From the NCBI GenBank assembly GCA_943788985.1, contig CALSSJ010000027.1, forward strand, positions 1-64,000: a DNA stretch of 64,000 nucleotides, read 5' to 3'. A program made the position numbers and the translations under genes. Within the stretch, counting starts at the first letter, position 1, and the number at the start of each line of letters is the position of its first letter. This stretch comes from an uncultured Lentisphaerales bacterium. GTDB lineage: Bacteria; Verrucomicrobiota; Lentisphaeria; JABSQK01; UBA12247. This document shows positions 30,683 to 40,632 of this stretch, piece by piece. Below the pieces are notes generated by a model that worked only from the letters and a program-made list of their open reading frames with translations, was not told where the DNA came from and searched no databases.

Positions 30683-33070
30683 CTACTCGCTCGGCTCTTC
30701 GAGCAGCCGCGCTGGGTCGAGCCAGTTTTGGTCGAAGTACTCGTGGTTGAACGAGTCCTTAGTCTGCGGCTTCGGGTTGCCGTAGATGTCGGCCATTTCC
30801 ATGTCGAAGAGATCCTCGAAGTAGCGCGCCTCCAGATGGACCTTGGGCCCCAGAGTCGCACCGGTCTTGCCCATCTTCCCCATTTGCGTCTTGCCCTTTT
30901 CCACGGTGTCTCCTCGGACCACCAGCGGTCGCTCCTGCAAGTGCGCGTAGAGCGTGTATATCTGCCGGCCACCGTAGCGTTTCGCGTGTTTCACCACGAC
31001 CGCGTATCCGTCCTGCTTAAACTCTAGCGAGGTTGGGTCCTCGACTGTCTGCACCACCACACCGTCGCCAATCGAGAACACCGGACTACCCTCCCGGCCC
31101 TCCAAGTCCAGGCCGGCTTGGACCACCTCGCGCACTTCCGTGTGTTCCCGCTTGGAGCGCTTCCCGGTCGGGCTCATATCTACCAGGGTCTGGTCCTTAT
31201 AGTAGCGCCGGTGCCAGGCCCCGAACCCGTACTCACGGGACGGTCTGGACGTTGGGCAGACCACCGATGACACCGTGGTCGAGATTGCGCGAGTTGTTGC
31301 GTTTGCTCCAGCTGCCGTGGCGAGCGGCACGGCCGTGATTGGTTGTGCCGCAGCCGCGATAAGTGGCGCCGTCGTTGCGGAGTTCGCAACCTCGCGAGCA
31401 ACTGGCGGTTCGGCCACCGCCGCAAGCTCGCTGGCAGATCCAGTCCAAGACTTGCCGCCGATCACCACGTGCTTGACGTTTACGATCCGCCAGGGCAGCT
31501 TGCTGTCCTTCACTGCTTTGATCACCAAGGTGTAGCGGTCTCCTTCTTCGGCACGGCTGCCCGCCAACTGATAGGTGATCTCGACGTGCTCGCGGCTCAC
31601 AATACGAAAGGTCGGCACCCGTGAATCAAACTCCAGCCCGCTCAGTGACTTGCCTTGCTTCGGGTCCCAACGCCCGAGCCGGCGCAGAAAGGCCAGCACT
31701 TGAGCAGAGGACTCCACTTTCCGGTCAATCGGATCGAGACGATGTGCAGAAGGCCCTAAGTCCCGCATGTACTGGAAATTCTCGTAAAGCTTGTTGAAGT
31801 ACTCTTTGCGAAAGGGCTTCCAGCTCTCGCGATCGAGCGCTGTCAGAGCCGCCACATAGGGCGCGCCTGCGCTTGGGTTCACATTCTTGAGAACCCTCTC
31901 TAGGGCACTGCTTAACATCGGCACTGCCGCCTCTGCCCGCAGGTCCACTAGCGCACCCGCAATGCACAGATAGGGCTCCTCTGCCATCCGGCGGTGCGCG
32001 TCACTTTCTTGCGCTGCCAGGCCAATTACTTCTGCCAGCTTCGCCTTGAGCCCCGCGGGGTCGCCCTGGACCAGTAGCTGCGTGGCCTCACATACCGCCG
32101 CGGGATCAGCCTCGGCGTGGTGGTTCACCAGCTTCTCGATGACACTCAGCGGCGACCTAAATCCCGCGCGCTTCGGCCATGGGTACGCTTTCTTGGAGCC
32201 CTCGGTGATAGGCCGGGCCGCGTCCAGCGCCCGCTTAGCAGCCACCAGCGCCTCGCCCCATTGCTGCTCCTTGGCCAAGTCCACTGCCTTGAGGAAGGAA
32301 ACATTGGCAGCCATCTCAGGGGACAGCGTGGCATCTCCGCCCAGAGACGCAGCGTGCGCCAAATGTTTTTCCGCGTCCTCCCAGGTACCCGTCTTCATCG
32401 CCGAGTCGGCAGCAATCCTCGAAATTTTAGCCTGCGCCCCCATCATCTTCTTGCGCAGGTCCAAGCTGTCGTGTGCCCACAGCTTTACGAGCTCAGCCAA
32501 GTCATAAGCCGCCTGATAGGCCTGGGCTTGAGCGGCTTCTTCTACGCGCTTCACCAGGGTCTGGGCGAAGGCGTTGCGATTCACCCAGAACCGTAATCCC
32601 TCCCCGAGTTGGTACGGCCCCGGCGGCAAGGGACCGCGCGGCTCGATAATGATCATCTCTGGCTGGCCCCGGACAGGCCGTGTGCGCACGGGCACCAAGT
32701 TACGAATAACCGGCAGCGATGCTTGAAACTGCGGGCTGCCCGCAGGCGGTAGCCGATGCCGCTCGTGCCAGTCTGGCCACGGCATCTCATCACCCGTCTC
32801 GCTGCGCCGGTCAAGCATCAGAAAGGCAAGATTATCTGCATCTGCCGCCAGCAGCACGCTCTTGTGGTGATACAGAAACTGCACGGCAGAAGGCAGCTCA
32901 CCCGGGGCATCTTGGAGGTCGATGAGTGTGTCGCCCTGAATCGCGTACAAGCCGTAATAGGTGGGCAGCTCAAAGGGAAATTCACGTGTTTCTGGTGCGT
33001 CTTGCTGGAAGTTGCCGCAGCCTGCCAACAAGGCAGTCAGCAGCGCGAGTGCAGTAAATCTGGCGATCAT
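30683..33070 (-). CDS. Large lipoprotein with TPR-like helices and a C-terminal (degenerate) M23/LytM domain
   Basis: Lipobox LLAGC; AGLDL...PVFSIGDGVV, TLYAHL, V.RGD.V.KG and GKTG..GPKVHLE. Confidence 0.75.
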   Translation of the reverse strand: MIARFTALALLTALLAGCGNFQQDAPETREFPFELPTYYGLYAIQGDTLIDLQDAPGELPSAVQFLYHHKSVLLAADADNLAFLMLDRRSETGDEMPWPDWHERHRLPPAGSPQFQASLPVIRNLVPVRTRPVRGQPEMIIIEPRGPLPPGPYQLGEGLRFWVNRNAFAQTLVKRVEEAAQAQAYQAAYDLAELVKLWAHDSLDLRKKMMGAQAKISRIAADSAMKTGTWEDAEKHLAHAASLGGDATLSPEMAANVSFLKAVDLAKEQQWGEALVAAKRALDAARPITEGSKKAYPWPKRAGFRSPLSVIEKLVNHHAEADPAAVCEATQLLVQGDPAGLKAKLAEVIGLAAQESDAHRRMAEEPYLCIAGALVDLRAEAAVPMLSSALERVLKNVNPSAGAPYVAALTALDRESWKPFRKEYFNKLYENFQYMRDLGPSAHRLDPIDRKVESSAQVLAFLRRLGRWDPKQGKSLSGLEFDSRVPTFRIVSREHVEITYQLAGSRAEEGDRYTLVIKAVKDSKLPWRIVNVKHVVIGGKSWTGSASELAAVAEPPVAREVANSATTAPLIAAAAQPITAVPLATAAGANATTRAISTTVSSVVCPTSRPSREYGFGAWHRRYYKDQTLVDMSPTGKRSKREHTEVREVVQAGLDLEGREGSPVFSIGDGVVVQTVEDPTSLEFKQDGYAVVVKHAKRYGGRQIYTLYAHLQERPLVVRGDTVEKGKTQMGKMGKTGATLGPKVHLEARYFEDLFDMEMADIYGNPKPQTKDSFNHEYFDQNWLDPARLLEEPSE

Positions 33071-33693
33071 CGGGCGACCAAACGAATTTGCGGTGGAGTG
33101 TGAAGAAAGGCTGGATCCTTGTTGGCATCGAAGACCCAACGGACGGCCTTGCCACGTTTAAACGGTGCGCTCGTCGCGATCACTTCATTCGGGACCTCGA
33201 TCGTGAGGTCCAAGCGCATGCCCGCGACGAGACTTTCGATGTGCTTTGCGGTCGGCTTGTGCGGCGCCATCACCGGGGCATCCGGTGTTTTTTCTGGGCC
33301 CGGCAGGTCCAGCGTGATCTCCATGCCTTCGGCCGTTGTCACCACCTTGAAGCCACCGAGGATAGTGGTCGCCAGCGCGGCCTTGGCGTCTTTCATTTTT
33401 CCTTCCAGGCGCAGGTAGTACTTCCCATCTCGCTGAAAAACCCGGCAGGTCTCCAGCTCGATCGACGGCTCTTCGCTGCAGATGGCTCCCATCGTGCCAG
33501 GATCCAGCCACTGGGTCCAGCGCGAGTCTTGGGCGTGGGTCCGATAGACCCCAGCCGGGATTGCCCCAGTCACCGTAAACGTCCCGGTGTTGTCCTCATG
33601 CAGGACAATTTCCTGGCGTAGATCCACACAACCGCTGCAGAATAAGGCGGCGAGGGCGATCAAGATGTGGGCGTTCAGGGCGTGGCGATCCAT
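33067..33693 (-). CDS. Putative lipoprotein (LppM-like)
   Basis: Lipobox CSGC followed by VDLRQEIVLHEDNTG; overlaps both neighbours. Confidence 0.65.
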   Translation of the reverse strand: MDRHALNAHILIALAALFCSGCVDLRQEIVLHEDNTGTFTVTGAIPAGVYRTHAQDSRWTQWLDPGTMGAICSEEPSIELETCRVFQRDGKYYLRLEGKMKDAKAALATTILGGFKVVTTAEGMEITLDLPGPEKTPDAPVMAPHKPTAKHIESLVAGMRLDLTIEVPNEVIATSAPFKRGKAVRWVFDANKDPAFLHTPPQIRLVAR

Positions 33694-34316
33694 TGCTTCT
33701 GCATGCGTTCGACAAGTTGTATCAGCTGTGGATTTGCCCAGAGTCCTTTCCCGGCGTCCCGTGCTGTTTGCTCGGCTGTACGATAGCTGTCAAGCGTGTC
33801 CTCTGCGAGCGCGTCCGTAGGATAGAACATAACAAGCCCTTCATACAGCAACGCCAGCCCCACTGAGCCCCCCCTGGGATCTGCCTCCGTCGGCAACAAA
33901 TGCAGCCTGCCCAAGAGGCGATATCGCTTGTCAGTTTTTTGGTGGCCGGTCCGCAATCTCGCTTCGCGCCCCTTCACATGCTCGGTCAGGTAGTTCGCCG
34001 CCAACTGGCCCATCAGTGCCGCCTGTGGGTGATCCGCATCCACGGCGAAGGATTTGACCCCCGCCAGCCGCATCGTTGTTCGCTGCTGGTAAAAGTTCTC
34101 CACTTCCAGCTCATCCCCATCCTTGACGTGTGCGATCTGCAGGACATCAGTGTCGTAGAAGCCCGGGCCCCCGACCCAAGTCATCTCCCGCTCCTCCGGA
34201 GGCGTATTGTCTTGGAACAGCAAGATCCACAGCGTCATCCCGATGAAGGTCAGAAAGAGGCCGCGGTCGATCCACTTGCGCACCTTCGGGTTCCGTAAGA
34301 TATCGACGACCATCAT
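33675..34316 (-). CDS. Membrane-anchored thermonuclease (SNase) family protein
   Basis: N-terminal TM; VKDGD, RLAGV, DKRYRLL and AEQTARDAGKGLW. Confidence 0.8.
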   Translation of the reverse strand: MMVVDILRNPKVRKWIDRGLFLTFIGMTLWILLFQDNTPPEEREMTWVGGPGFYDTDVLQIAHVKDGDELEVENFYQQRTTMRLAGVKSFAVDADHPQAALMGQLAANYLTEHVKGREARLRTGHQKTDKRYRLLGRLHLLPTEADPRGGSVGLALLYEGLVMFYPTDALAEDTLDSYRTAEQTARDAGKGLWANPQLIQLVERMQKQWIATP

Positions 34317-34699
34317 AGCGCACTTTCCAGCGTGCGCAGGATCTCGACATGCGGCGTCGACGTCGCCGCCAGCGTCACGAGTCCGGCTCCGCAGACAGCA
34401 AGGCTGGCCCAGAGCACTAGCGCCTTGCTCAGGGCCAGCCCGATCCGCTGATCGTAGACCACCAGCAGATCCTCCAGAACCTCCACCAGCAGCCGGTCGA
34501 CTCTGGCACTTTCCGCGATCTCCAGCAGCGCTTCGCTCACCGCAACACTGCGCGTCCCCGCTTCCAGCAACGCCAGATGTTCCTCATGAAACATCGGCAG
34601 CTCTGCCGCCGCTTCCGCCAAACTCCGCCCCGCTTGCAGCCCCGTCTCGAGCAGCGCGCTCAGTTGTTCGCACAGCTGTTCCAACCGCATTGCCTTCAC
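34313..34699 (-). CDS. Small single-domain T2SS F/PilC-like protein
   Basis: QLSALLETGL...SLAEAA...LLEAG followed by a C-terminal TM; GTG overlaps the upstream TGA. Confidence 0.5.
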   Translation of the reverse strand: MKAMRLEQLCEQLSALLETGLQAGRSLAEAAAELPMFHEEHLALLEAGTRSVAVSEALLEIAESARVDRLLVEVLEDLLVVYDQRIGLALSKALVLWASLAVCGAGLVTLAATSTPHVEILRTLESAL

Positions 34700-35553
34700 T
34701 GGCCTGCCGACTGCCAGCGTTCGGCAATATCCGGCGGGATCAGGACCCGGTACGGCTCGTTGCCATGTCGCGCCCGCAACACCGTAGTCGCCCACAGCTC
34801 CGTCCCGATGCGTCCGAGCGGATACAAGAACTTGAGACCCCGGGTCTTCAGGTAAAACCGCAGCTTCTTCTTGATCCGCTCATGCTCCACCACCCGCAGC
34901 AGATCCGGCGCCGCATTCTCGCGACCGCTGGCCGGGTCCACCTCAGCTCCCGGCGCGATCAGCGAGACCACTCGCTCCACAAACGCTGGATTGCCCTGCT
35001 CCACCAAAAACTCAAACGGAATCACATGCACACGATCCGCGCCAAACTCCGCCTGATAGCGTGCTGCGGTGTCCGCAAAACTCTCTAGCGGGTCCTCAAA
35101 AAATGCCTCGATAGGTTCAGACGTTTTTGCTCCCCGATACAACATTTTGTAGCGAGACTTTACCCAGCTCAGCAGCTCCCGCGTGACCATCAGGATCTCC
35201 GCCTGTGGATAAGCCTTGCGGATGTTGGCCATGATCATATCGTTTCGCAGCAAATAGCGGCTCCCATCCAGACGGTTGTACTCGAAGAACACCCTGTTGA
35301 ACTCTTCGAACAACAGTTCCACGTAGTCCTCGCAAGAGATGATCAGGTGGTCCGCTCCGCTTGGGTTCACCACGTGTCGCGCCACAGCAGCGCGCAGTTC
35401 CTCTGCTTCCACATCCCGCCGCAGGAAGATAAACTTGTCCTCCAACGGCGCAAAGGCCAAGTTGGAAAAGTTGCCAAGCTGCGGAAACACCTTTTTCTGC
35501 AGATAGGTGCTCGCGCATTTCGGGTAGCCGATGTGAATAAATACACGTGTCAT
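34696..35553 (-). CDS. Sulfotransferase family protein
   Basis: PAPS-binding loop HIGYPKCASTYLQ, ISCE and R.....KSRY; ATG overlaps the upstream stop. Confidence 0.8.
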   Translation of the reverse strand: MTRVFIHIGYPKCASTYLQKKVFPQLGNFSNLAFAPLEDKFIFLRRDVEAEELRAAVARHVVNPSGADHLIISCEDYVELLFEEFNRVFFEYNRLDGSRYLLRNDMIMANIRKAYPQAEILMVTRELLSWVKSRYKMLYRGAKTSEPIEAFFEDPLESFADTAARYQAEFGADRVHVIPFEFLVEQGNPAFVERVVSLIAPGAEVDPASGRENAAPDLLRVVEHERIKKKLRFYLKTRGLKFLYPLGRIGTELWATTVLRARHGNEPYRVLIPPDIAERWQSAGQ

Positions 35554-36575
35554 CGGTAGATCTCGTCTTGCCAGATATAGGGGTGAGTCAGCTCGCGCCC
35601 CAGAGTGACGTCGGCCATAAAAGCCGCCACGCGGGCTCCGCAAAAATGGGTGTGATAATGCCGATGCCCAGCCTCCGCTACGGCCTGCCGCCGGGCGTCA
35701 TCCGCCTGAAACGCGCGGCACTGCTTCACCAGGTCGCCCTTACCCTTGAAGAACGCCGCCTGATCGTCACTAAAAAAGCGCCGCATCTCGCCCTGATCCC
35801 AGAGAAACGTCAGCAGCCCATTTCCCATCATTTGCGAGATTCGCGCGCTCGAATACAGGGGCCAGCCCTCGAACCGATTCAGATTTAGCCCCATCTTGCT
35901 GCTGGCCATCACCGCATCATAGCCCTGGCCCCAAACCGCGGCCTTGCCATGCATCCCGAACGAGTCAAAGCGCATTTCGTTTGCGAACTCCGCATGCAGA
36001 TCTCGCACCAGCGGGTAGCGGTCATCCGTCGGATTTCCCACGCCGCAGAACACCAAGTCACGCTCAAATGCGGACTTCGCAAAGTTTTGCTGGTCCTCTA
36101 CCGCAGGATCCGTTGGATTCGGAATAAACGCCACCACGTTCTTGCCCGTACAGAATTGCTTCAGAGCATCGCCGCCGGTGCTGACGAACAGCCCGTCGCA
36201 GCTGTGCATGCGTTCGCGAATGCGCGCCACATTTCGCTCTTCCCACAGCGGGTCCACGTTGCGATAGGCAATCTTCACCTGCGGGCAAACCTCGCGGATG
36301 CGCGCCAGAGTCTCATTGCGGATCATGTCACAATGCCCCAGAATCACGAGATCCGGTACGAAGTTCGCACAGGTCTCGACCAGCCGTTTGTTGGCCTTAA
36401 CGATTCCCAACGTACGAATCCCCAGCGGCGCTTCGTACCGCGCGATATCCCGCTCGCTGAACTCGCAGACTCGCCAATTATTACGGATCATACCGTGAAA
36501 CAGCTTACGCCCGGTGGACACCTTGAGGCGTCCATAGCGGCGAATCTGCAGATTGTCCACGTGGACAACTCTCAC
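35550..36575 (-). CDS. Glycosyltransferase (CgeB / Glyco_trans_1_2-like)
   Basis: PDLVILG, FIPNP, DLVFCG and SKMGLNLNR...YSSAR. Confidence 0.8.
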   Translation of the reverse strand: MRVVHVDNLQIRRYGRLKVSTGRKLFHGMIRNNWRVCEFSERDIARYEAPLGIRTLGIVKANKRLVETCANFVPDLVILGHCDMIRNETLARIREVCPQVKIAYRNVDPLWEERNVARIRERMHSCDGLFVSTGGDALKQFCTGKNVVAFIPNPTDPAVEDQQNFAKSAFERDLVFCGVGNPTDDRYPLVRDLHAEFANEMRFDSFGMHGKAAVWGQGYDAVMASSKMGLNLNRFEGWPLYSSARISQMMGNGLLTFLWDQGEMRRFFSDDQAAFFKGKGDLVKQCRAFQADDARRQAVAEAGHRHYHTHFCGARVAAFMADVTLGRELTHPYIWQDEIYR

Positions 36576-36690
36576 TCTCGGGACTCCTCAGCCTCGTAAG
36601 GCGCAGCAAGATCGGGGGGATGCGTAACGGTATGGTACAGCATGAGCCGCTGAGTACCAGCGACAGACCCTGCGCGCAACAAAGCTAGGC

Positions 36691-37920
36691 TCAGCCGAAC
36701 GTGTGTAGGACCAAGCCGTCGCGAAGCTTCGGCTCGAACCAAGTCGACTTCGGGGGCATGATCTCGCCGCAATCCGCAATTGCCATCAGTTGCTCCACAG
36801 AAACCGGATACATCGAGAACGCCACCGCAGCGCGGCCTGACTCCACATGTTTCACCAGGCGATCCGTGCCGTGAATGCCGCCGATGAATTCGATGCGGTC
36901 GTTGGTACGCGGATCGTCGATGCTCAGCAGTGGCGACAGCAAGCGATCTTGCAGCACGCTGACGTCCAGGCATTCGGCCGGAGAGCCGGAGATAGCTTCG
37001 CGAGGCGTCAGCGCATACCAGGACTCCCCCAGGTACATGTGCACGCAGCCAGCGGCATCAGGCTCAGTCTCGATCGTTTCGCTGCAGTCAAACGCCTCGG
37101 TGACCGCTGCCAAAAAGTCATCATGGCTGTGCCCATTCAGATCGTGCACAATCCGGTTATATGCCAGCACCGCGAGCTCTTGGCCGGGGAAGATGACCGC
37201 CAGAAAACGATTGTACGCCTCAGCGCCGGTGTGATTGGGGTTCGCTGCCCGGCAGGCCTCACGCACGCGGCTTGCGCACTTCGCACGATGATGGCCGTCG
37301 GCCACGTAGGTTGCATCGACGCCCTCGAAATGGGCCACGTACCACACGGACGCTTCTTCGCTCAGCCGCCAGACCTGATGCAGCACGCCGTCGGGAGCGG
37401 TGAAATCGAACAGGGGTGCGCCTTCACGCTCCGCGTTCAGCTTCTCAGCCAGCGTTCCGTTGTCGCGACAAGCCAGGAATACCGGCCCCGTGTGCGCCCT
37501 GATCGCCATCGTGTGGGCCGTGCGGTCATCCTCTTTCTGCTTACGCGTCTTCTCGTGCTTCTTGATCCGGTCGGCGTCATAGTCATCTACCGCGGCCGCC
37601 ACGACCAAGCCAGTTTGGCGATGACCATCCATCACCTGAGAATAGGCATACAAGCAGGGCTGGTCTTCGCGGCCCAATGGCGCCTCGGCCGTGATTTTTG
37701 CTAGGTTCGCTGCGGCCAGCGCGTAGACCTCGTCGCTATACGCATTGGCCGAGTCGGCCAACTCCAACTCAGAGCGGGATACCCGCAGAAAGCTGAGGGG
37801 GAACCCTTCTGCTTGCTGGCGTGCTTCAGAGCGATCTACCACGTCATAAGGAACTGCTGCGATCTCCGCAACCTTACCGACCGGAGGAAGAAGCGCACGA
37901 AACGGGGCTATCGCAATCAT
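36691..37920 (-). CDS. DUF1015 family protein
   Basis: PYDVV, IKKHEKTR, YVADGHHR and MPPKSTWFEPKLRDGL. Confidence 0.92.
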   Translation of the reverse strand: MIAIAPFRALLPPVGKVAEIAAVPYDVVDRSEARQQAEGFPLSFLRVSRSELELADSANAYSDEVYALAAANLAKITAEAPLGREDQPCLYAYSQVMDGHRQTGLVVAAAVDDYDADRIKKHEKTRKQKEDDRTAHTMAIRAHTGPVFLACRDNGTLAEKLNAEREGAPLFDFTAPDGVLHQVWRLSEEASVWYVAHFEGVDATYVADGHHRAKCASRVREACRAANPNHTGAEAYNRFLAVIFPGQELAVLAYNRIVHDLNGHSHDDFLAAVTEAFDCSETIETEPDAAGCVHMYLGESWYALTPREAISGSPAECLDVSVLQDRLLSPLLSIDDPRTNDRIEFIGGIHGTDRLVKHVESGRAAVAFSMYPVSVEQLMAIADCGEIMPPKSTWFEPKLRDGLVLHTFG

Positions 37921-38062
37921 AAGATGCCTTGAGCTGGGGAATCGGGAAAAGCCGGTTAATGTCGCCGCTCAACCGAACGGATCAAGGTGGACACTGCGAT
38001 CCTCCCAATTACCTTGCAGATCGCGCCTGAGCTGGCAGAGTGATGCTTGGCTAACCCCTTTT

Positions 38063-39985
38063 ATGAGGATCGCTATGTTTGGCTTCTACCGAGTGGCCGC
38101 GGCTGTGCCGGCCTTGGCACTTGCGGACCCCGCAGAAAACGCACGAAGATGCGCAGAATTGACAGCGCAGGCGCATCAGAACGGCGCTGCGCTCGTCGTC
38201 TTTCCTGAATGTGCCCTGACCGGCTATACCTGCGCAGACCTGTTCGACTCCAGTACGCTGCAAGACGCAGCCGTGGACGGGCTGCACGCCTACTGCGCCG
38301 CCACCAGCACCTACGACATCATCACTGCCATTGGCCTGCCGCTGCTGGCCAACGGCCGCCTCTACAACTGCGCGGTCGTTACCCGCCGGGGAGAAATCCT
38401 GGGCGTGGTCCCAAAATCCTTCCTCCCTGTCTACCGCGAATTCTACGAGCCGCGCTGGTTCGAGTCCGGTGCCGACATTCGCAACCGAACCATCCGTATC
38501 GGCAAGATTGCCGACGTGCCCTTTGGTGTGGACCTGCTCTTCGAGACCGACGATTGGTCCTTCGGCATCGAGCTCTGCGAAGACCTCTGGAACGTGATCC
38601 CGCCGAGCAGCGCCCAGGCGCTCGCGGGTGCGACCGTGCTCTTGAATCTCTCGGCCAGCCACGAACTGGTCGCCAAGTCCGAGTACCGGCGCCAGCTTGT
38701 GACGGGCCAGAGCGCGCGCTGCATCGCGGCCTACGTCTACGCCTCCAGCGGAGTCGGGGAATCCACCACCGACCTCGTCTTCGGAGGCCATGCCATGATC
38801 GCCGAAAACGGTGCGATCCTCGCCCAGAACACCCGGTTTCAGCGTGAGGCAGATCTGCTCTGTGCAGACATCGACTGTGCCCGGCTCGCTGCCATTCGTC
38901 GCACCGAAAGCTCCTTCGCTGCCAATCAAGAGCCCGTCGTGCGGCGGATTGCCGTCGGCCCCGTCGCTGGTGTCAGCTCGGAAAACCTGCAGCGCCGCAT
39001 CGATCCCGCGCCCTTTGTGCCAAGCGACCCCATCCAGCGCGAAACCCGCTGCCAGGAAATCTTCAGCATCCAGAGCGCAGGCCTCGCCCGGCGCCTTTCG
39101 CATACCGGCTGCAAACGCCTGGTCATCGGCGTCTCCGGCGGGTTGGACTCCACCCTCGCCATACTCGTCGCCCATCGCACGCTTGAGCAACTCAAGCTTC
39201 CAGCGGAAAACCTGATCGCCGTCACCATGCCTGGCTTTGGCACCAGCTCTCGCACCTACGATAACGCCGTTGAGCTCTGCAACGGGCTGCGGGCAGATCT
39301 GCGCGAGATCGACATCACCGCCGCCTGTCGCCAACACTTCCGCGACATCGGTCACGACCCCGACGTCCACGACGTCACCTACGAGAATGTCCAGGCGCGC
39401 GAGCGCACCCAACTGCTGATGGACATCGCAAATCGCGAGGGCGCGCTTGTCGTCGGCACTGGCGACCTGTCCGAGATTGCCCTTGGTTGGTGCACCTACA
39501 ACGGCGATCACATGTCGATGTACGCCGTAAACACCAGCGTCCCCAAGACTCTCATCCAGTACGTCATTTGTTGGGAAGCCGACCGGGAATCTGCGGAAAC
39601 CGCAGCCACCCTACGCGACATCCTCGACACCCCAATCAGTCCGGAACTCCTGCCCCCGGATCCCGACGGGGAGATTGCCCAGCGGACCGAAGACGTCATT
39701 GGCCCCTACGCCCTCCACGATTTTTTCCTCTACCACGCCCAAAAGTACGGCGCTTCTCCGGACAAGATCCAGATGTTAGCCAGCCACGCCTTCGCCGGGC
39801 GCTACGAAAATGCGGACATCGCAAAATGGCTTGCTGTCTTTTTCCGGCGTTTTTTTTCGCAGCAGTTCAAGCGCAGCTGCATGCCTGACGGCCCCAAGGT
39901 CGGTGGCATCAGTCTCTCGCCTCGCGGCGACTGGCGCATGCCCTCCGACGCCCGCGCTACTGCCTGGCAGGAGCCTTCATCGTAG
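38063..39985 (+). CDS. nadE: Glutamine-dependent NAD+ synthetase
   Basis: Nitrilase triad (FPE, PK, ELCEDLW) plus SGGLDST, ENVQAR and GTGDLSE. Confidence 0.95.
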   Translation: MRIAMFGFYRVAAAVPALALADPAENARRCAELTAQAHQNGAALVVFPECALTGYTCADLFDSSTLQDAAVDGLHAYCAATSTYDIITAIGLPLLANGRLYNCAVVTRRGEILGVVPKSFLPVYREFYEPRWFESGADIRNRTIRIGKIADVPFGVDLLFETDDWSFGIELCEDLWNVIPPSSAQALAGATVLLNLSASHELVAKSEYRRQLVTGQSARCIAAYVYASSGVGESTTDLVFGGHAMIAENGAILAQNTRFQREADLLCADIDCARLAAIRRTESSFAANQEPVVRRIAVGPVAGVSSENLQRRIDPAPFVPSDPIQRETRCQEIFSIQSAGLARRLSHTGCKRLVIGVSGGLDSTLAILVAHRTLEQLKLPAENLIAVTMPGFGTSSRTYDNAVELCNGLRADLREIDITAACRQHFRDIGHDPDVHDVTYENVQARERTQLLMDIANREGALVVGTGDLSEIALGWCTYNGDHMSMYAVNTSVPKTLIQYVICWEADRESAETAATLRDILDTPISPELLPPDPDGEIAQRTEDVIGPYALHDFFLYHAQKYGASPDKIQMLASHAFAGRYENADIAKWLAVFFRRFFSQQFKRSCMPDGPKVGGISLSPRGDWRMPSDARATAWQEPSS

Positions 39986-40025
39986 TGGTTTAGGGAATAA
40001 GATTCTGTGGCGGAAACTGTTCGAA

Positions 40026-40073
40026 AATCGACTCGAGTCGGTTCCCATCGATAGCAGTCGACTCGAGTCGACT
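40026..40073. repeat. Two 18-bp palindromes 30 bp apart (possible operator or recombination site)
   Basis: AATCGACTCGAGTCGGTT (40026-43, imperfect) and AGTCGACTCGAGTCGACT (40056-73, perfect). Confidence 0.6.
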
Positions 40074-40203
40074 TATTTGTGCCCGTTCATCCATTCGCCT
40101 CAGGAGGCGTGCTGATGGCGCTCAGTTTCTCAGGTTGAAAAGTTCATCCGGGTGTGCACTATCTGGAAAGCGGGTTGATGTGTTATAAAAGATCGGAGAA
40201 GTA

Positions 40204-40632
40204 ATGAAGGCTGTCGCCATTTTCAGGGTTCTATTTCTTGTTGCGTCGTGCGGTAAGGATTCCAAGGAGAAGAGCGCGCGCAAGTCGGAGCTAACGACCG
40301 AGCGTCGCGCTCCAAAACCGATCAAGCCCAACAATAGGCAGACGCTGCACCCGGACGTTTTAGCATTTTGTCAGACTTCTCGTGACACGGTCAGCGAGTT
40401 TAAGAGGGTCGTGGAGCGGGATTCAAAATTCTACAGCTCTGGCTCTAAGAAGGAGGCAGAGGGATTGGGCACCCTGATGGGAAGCGTCGCGGCGGCACTT
40501 GTAGAGTATGATCTGAAGTCTGCCAAGGACCGCGCCCAAAAGGCGTTGGATAAGATGATCGATATTCCAGAGCTCAAGAAGCGGGCGGACAGAATAACCG
40601 GCGTTCTTGAGGGCATCATCGCAGCCGAGTAG
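40204..40632 (+). CDS. Small hypothetical lipoprotein
   Basis: MKAV...LVASC lipobox, RBS GGAG upstream, Lys-rich helical body. Confidence 0.6.
   Translation: MKAVAIFRVLFLVASCGKDSKEKSARKSELTTERRAPKPIKPNNRQTLHPDVLAFCQTSRDTVSEFKRVVERDSKFYSSGSKKEAEGLGTLMGSVAAALVEYDLKSAKDRAQKALDKMIDIPELKKRADRITGVLEGIIAAE

Noticed and set aside
38051..39511. 486-aa ORF antisense to nadE (and similar ones opposite topA, coxI, DUF1015 and the sulfatase)
   Set aside because: Shadow ORFs expected from GC3 bias.
40021..40073. CRISPR array (also considered for 58174-58290)
   Set aside because: Only two units, spacers too short, and no cas genes.
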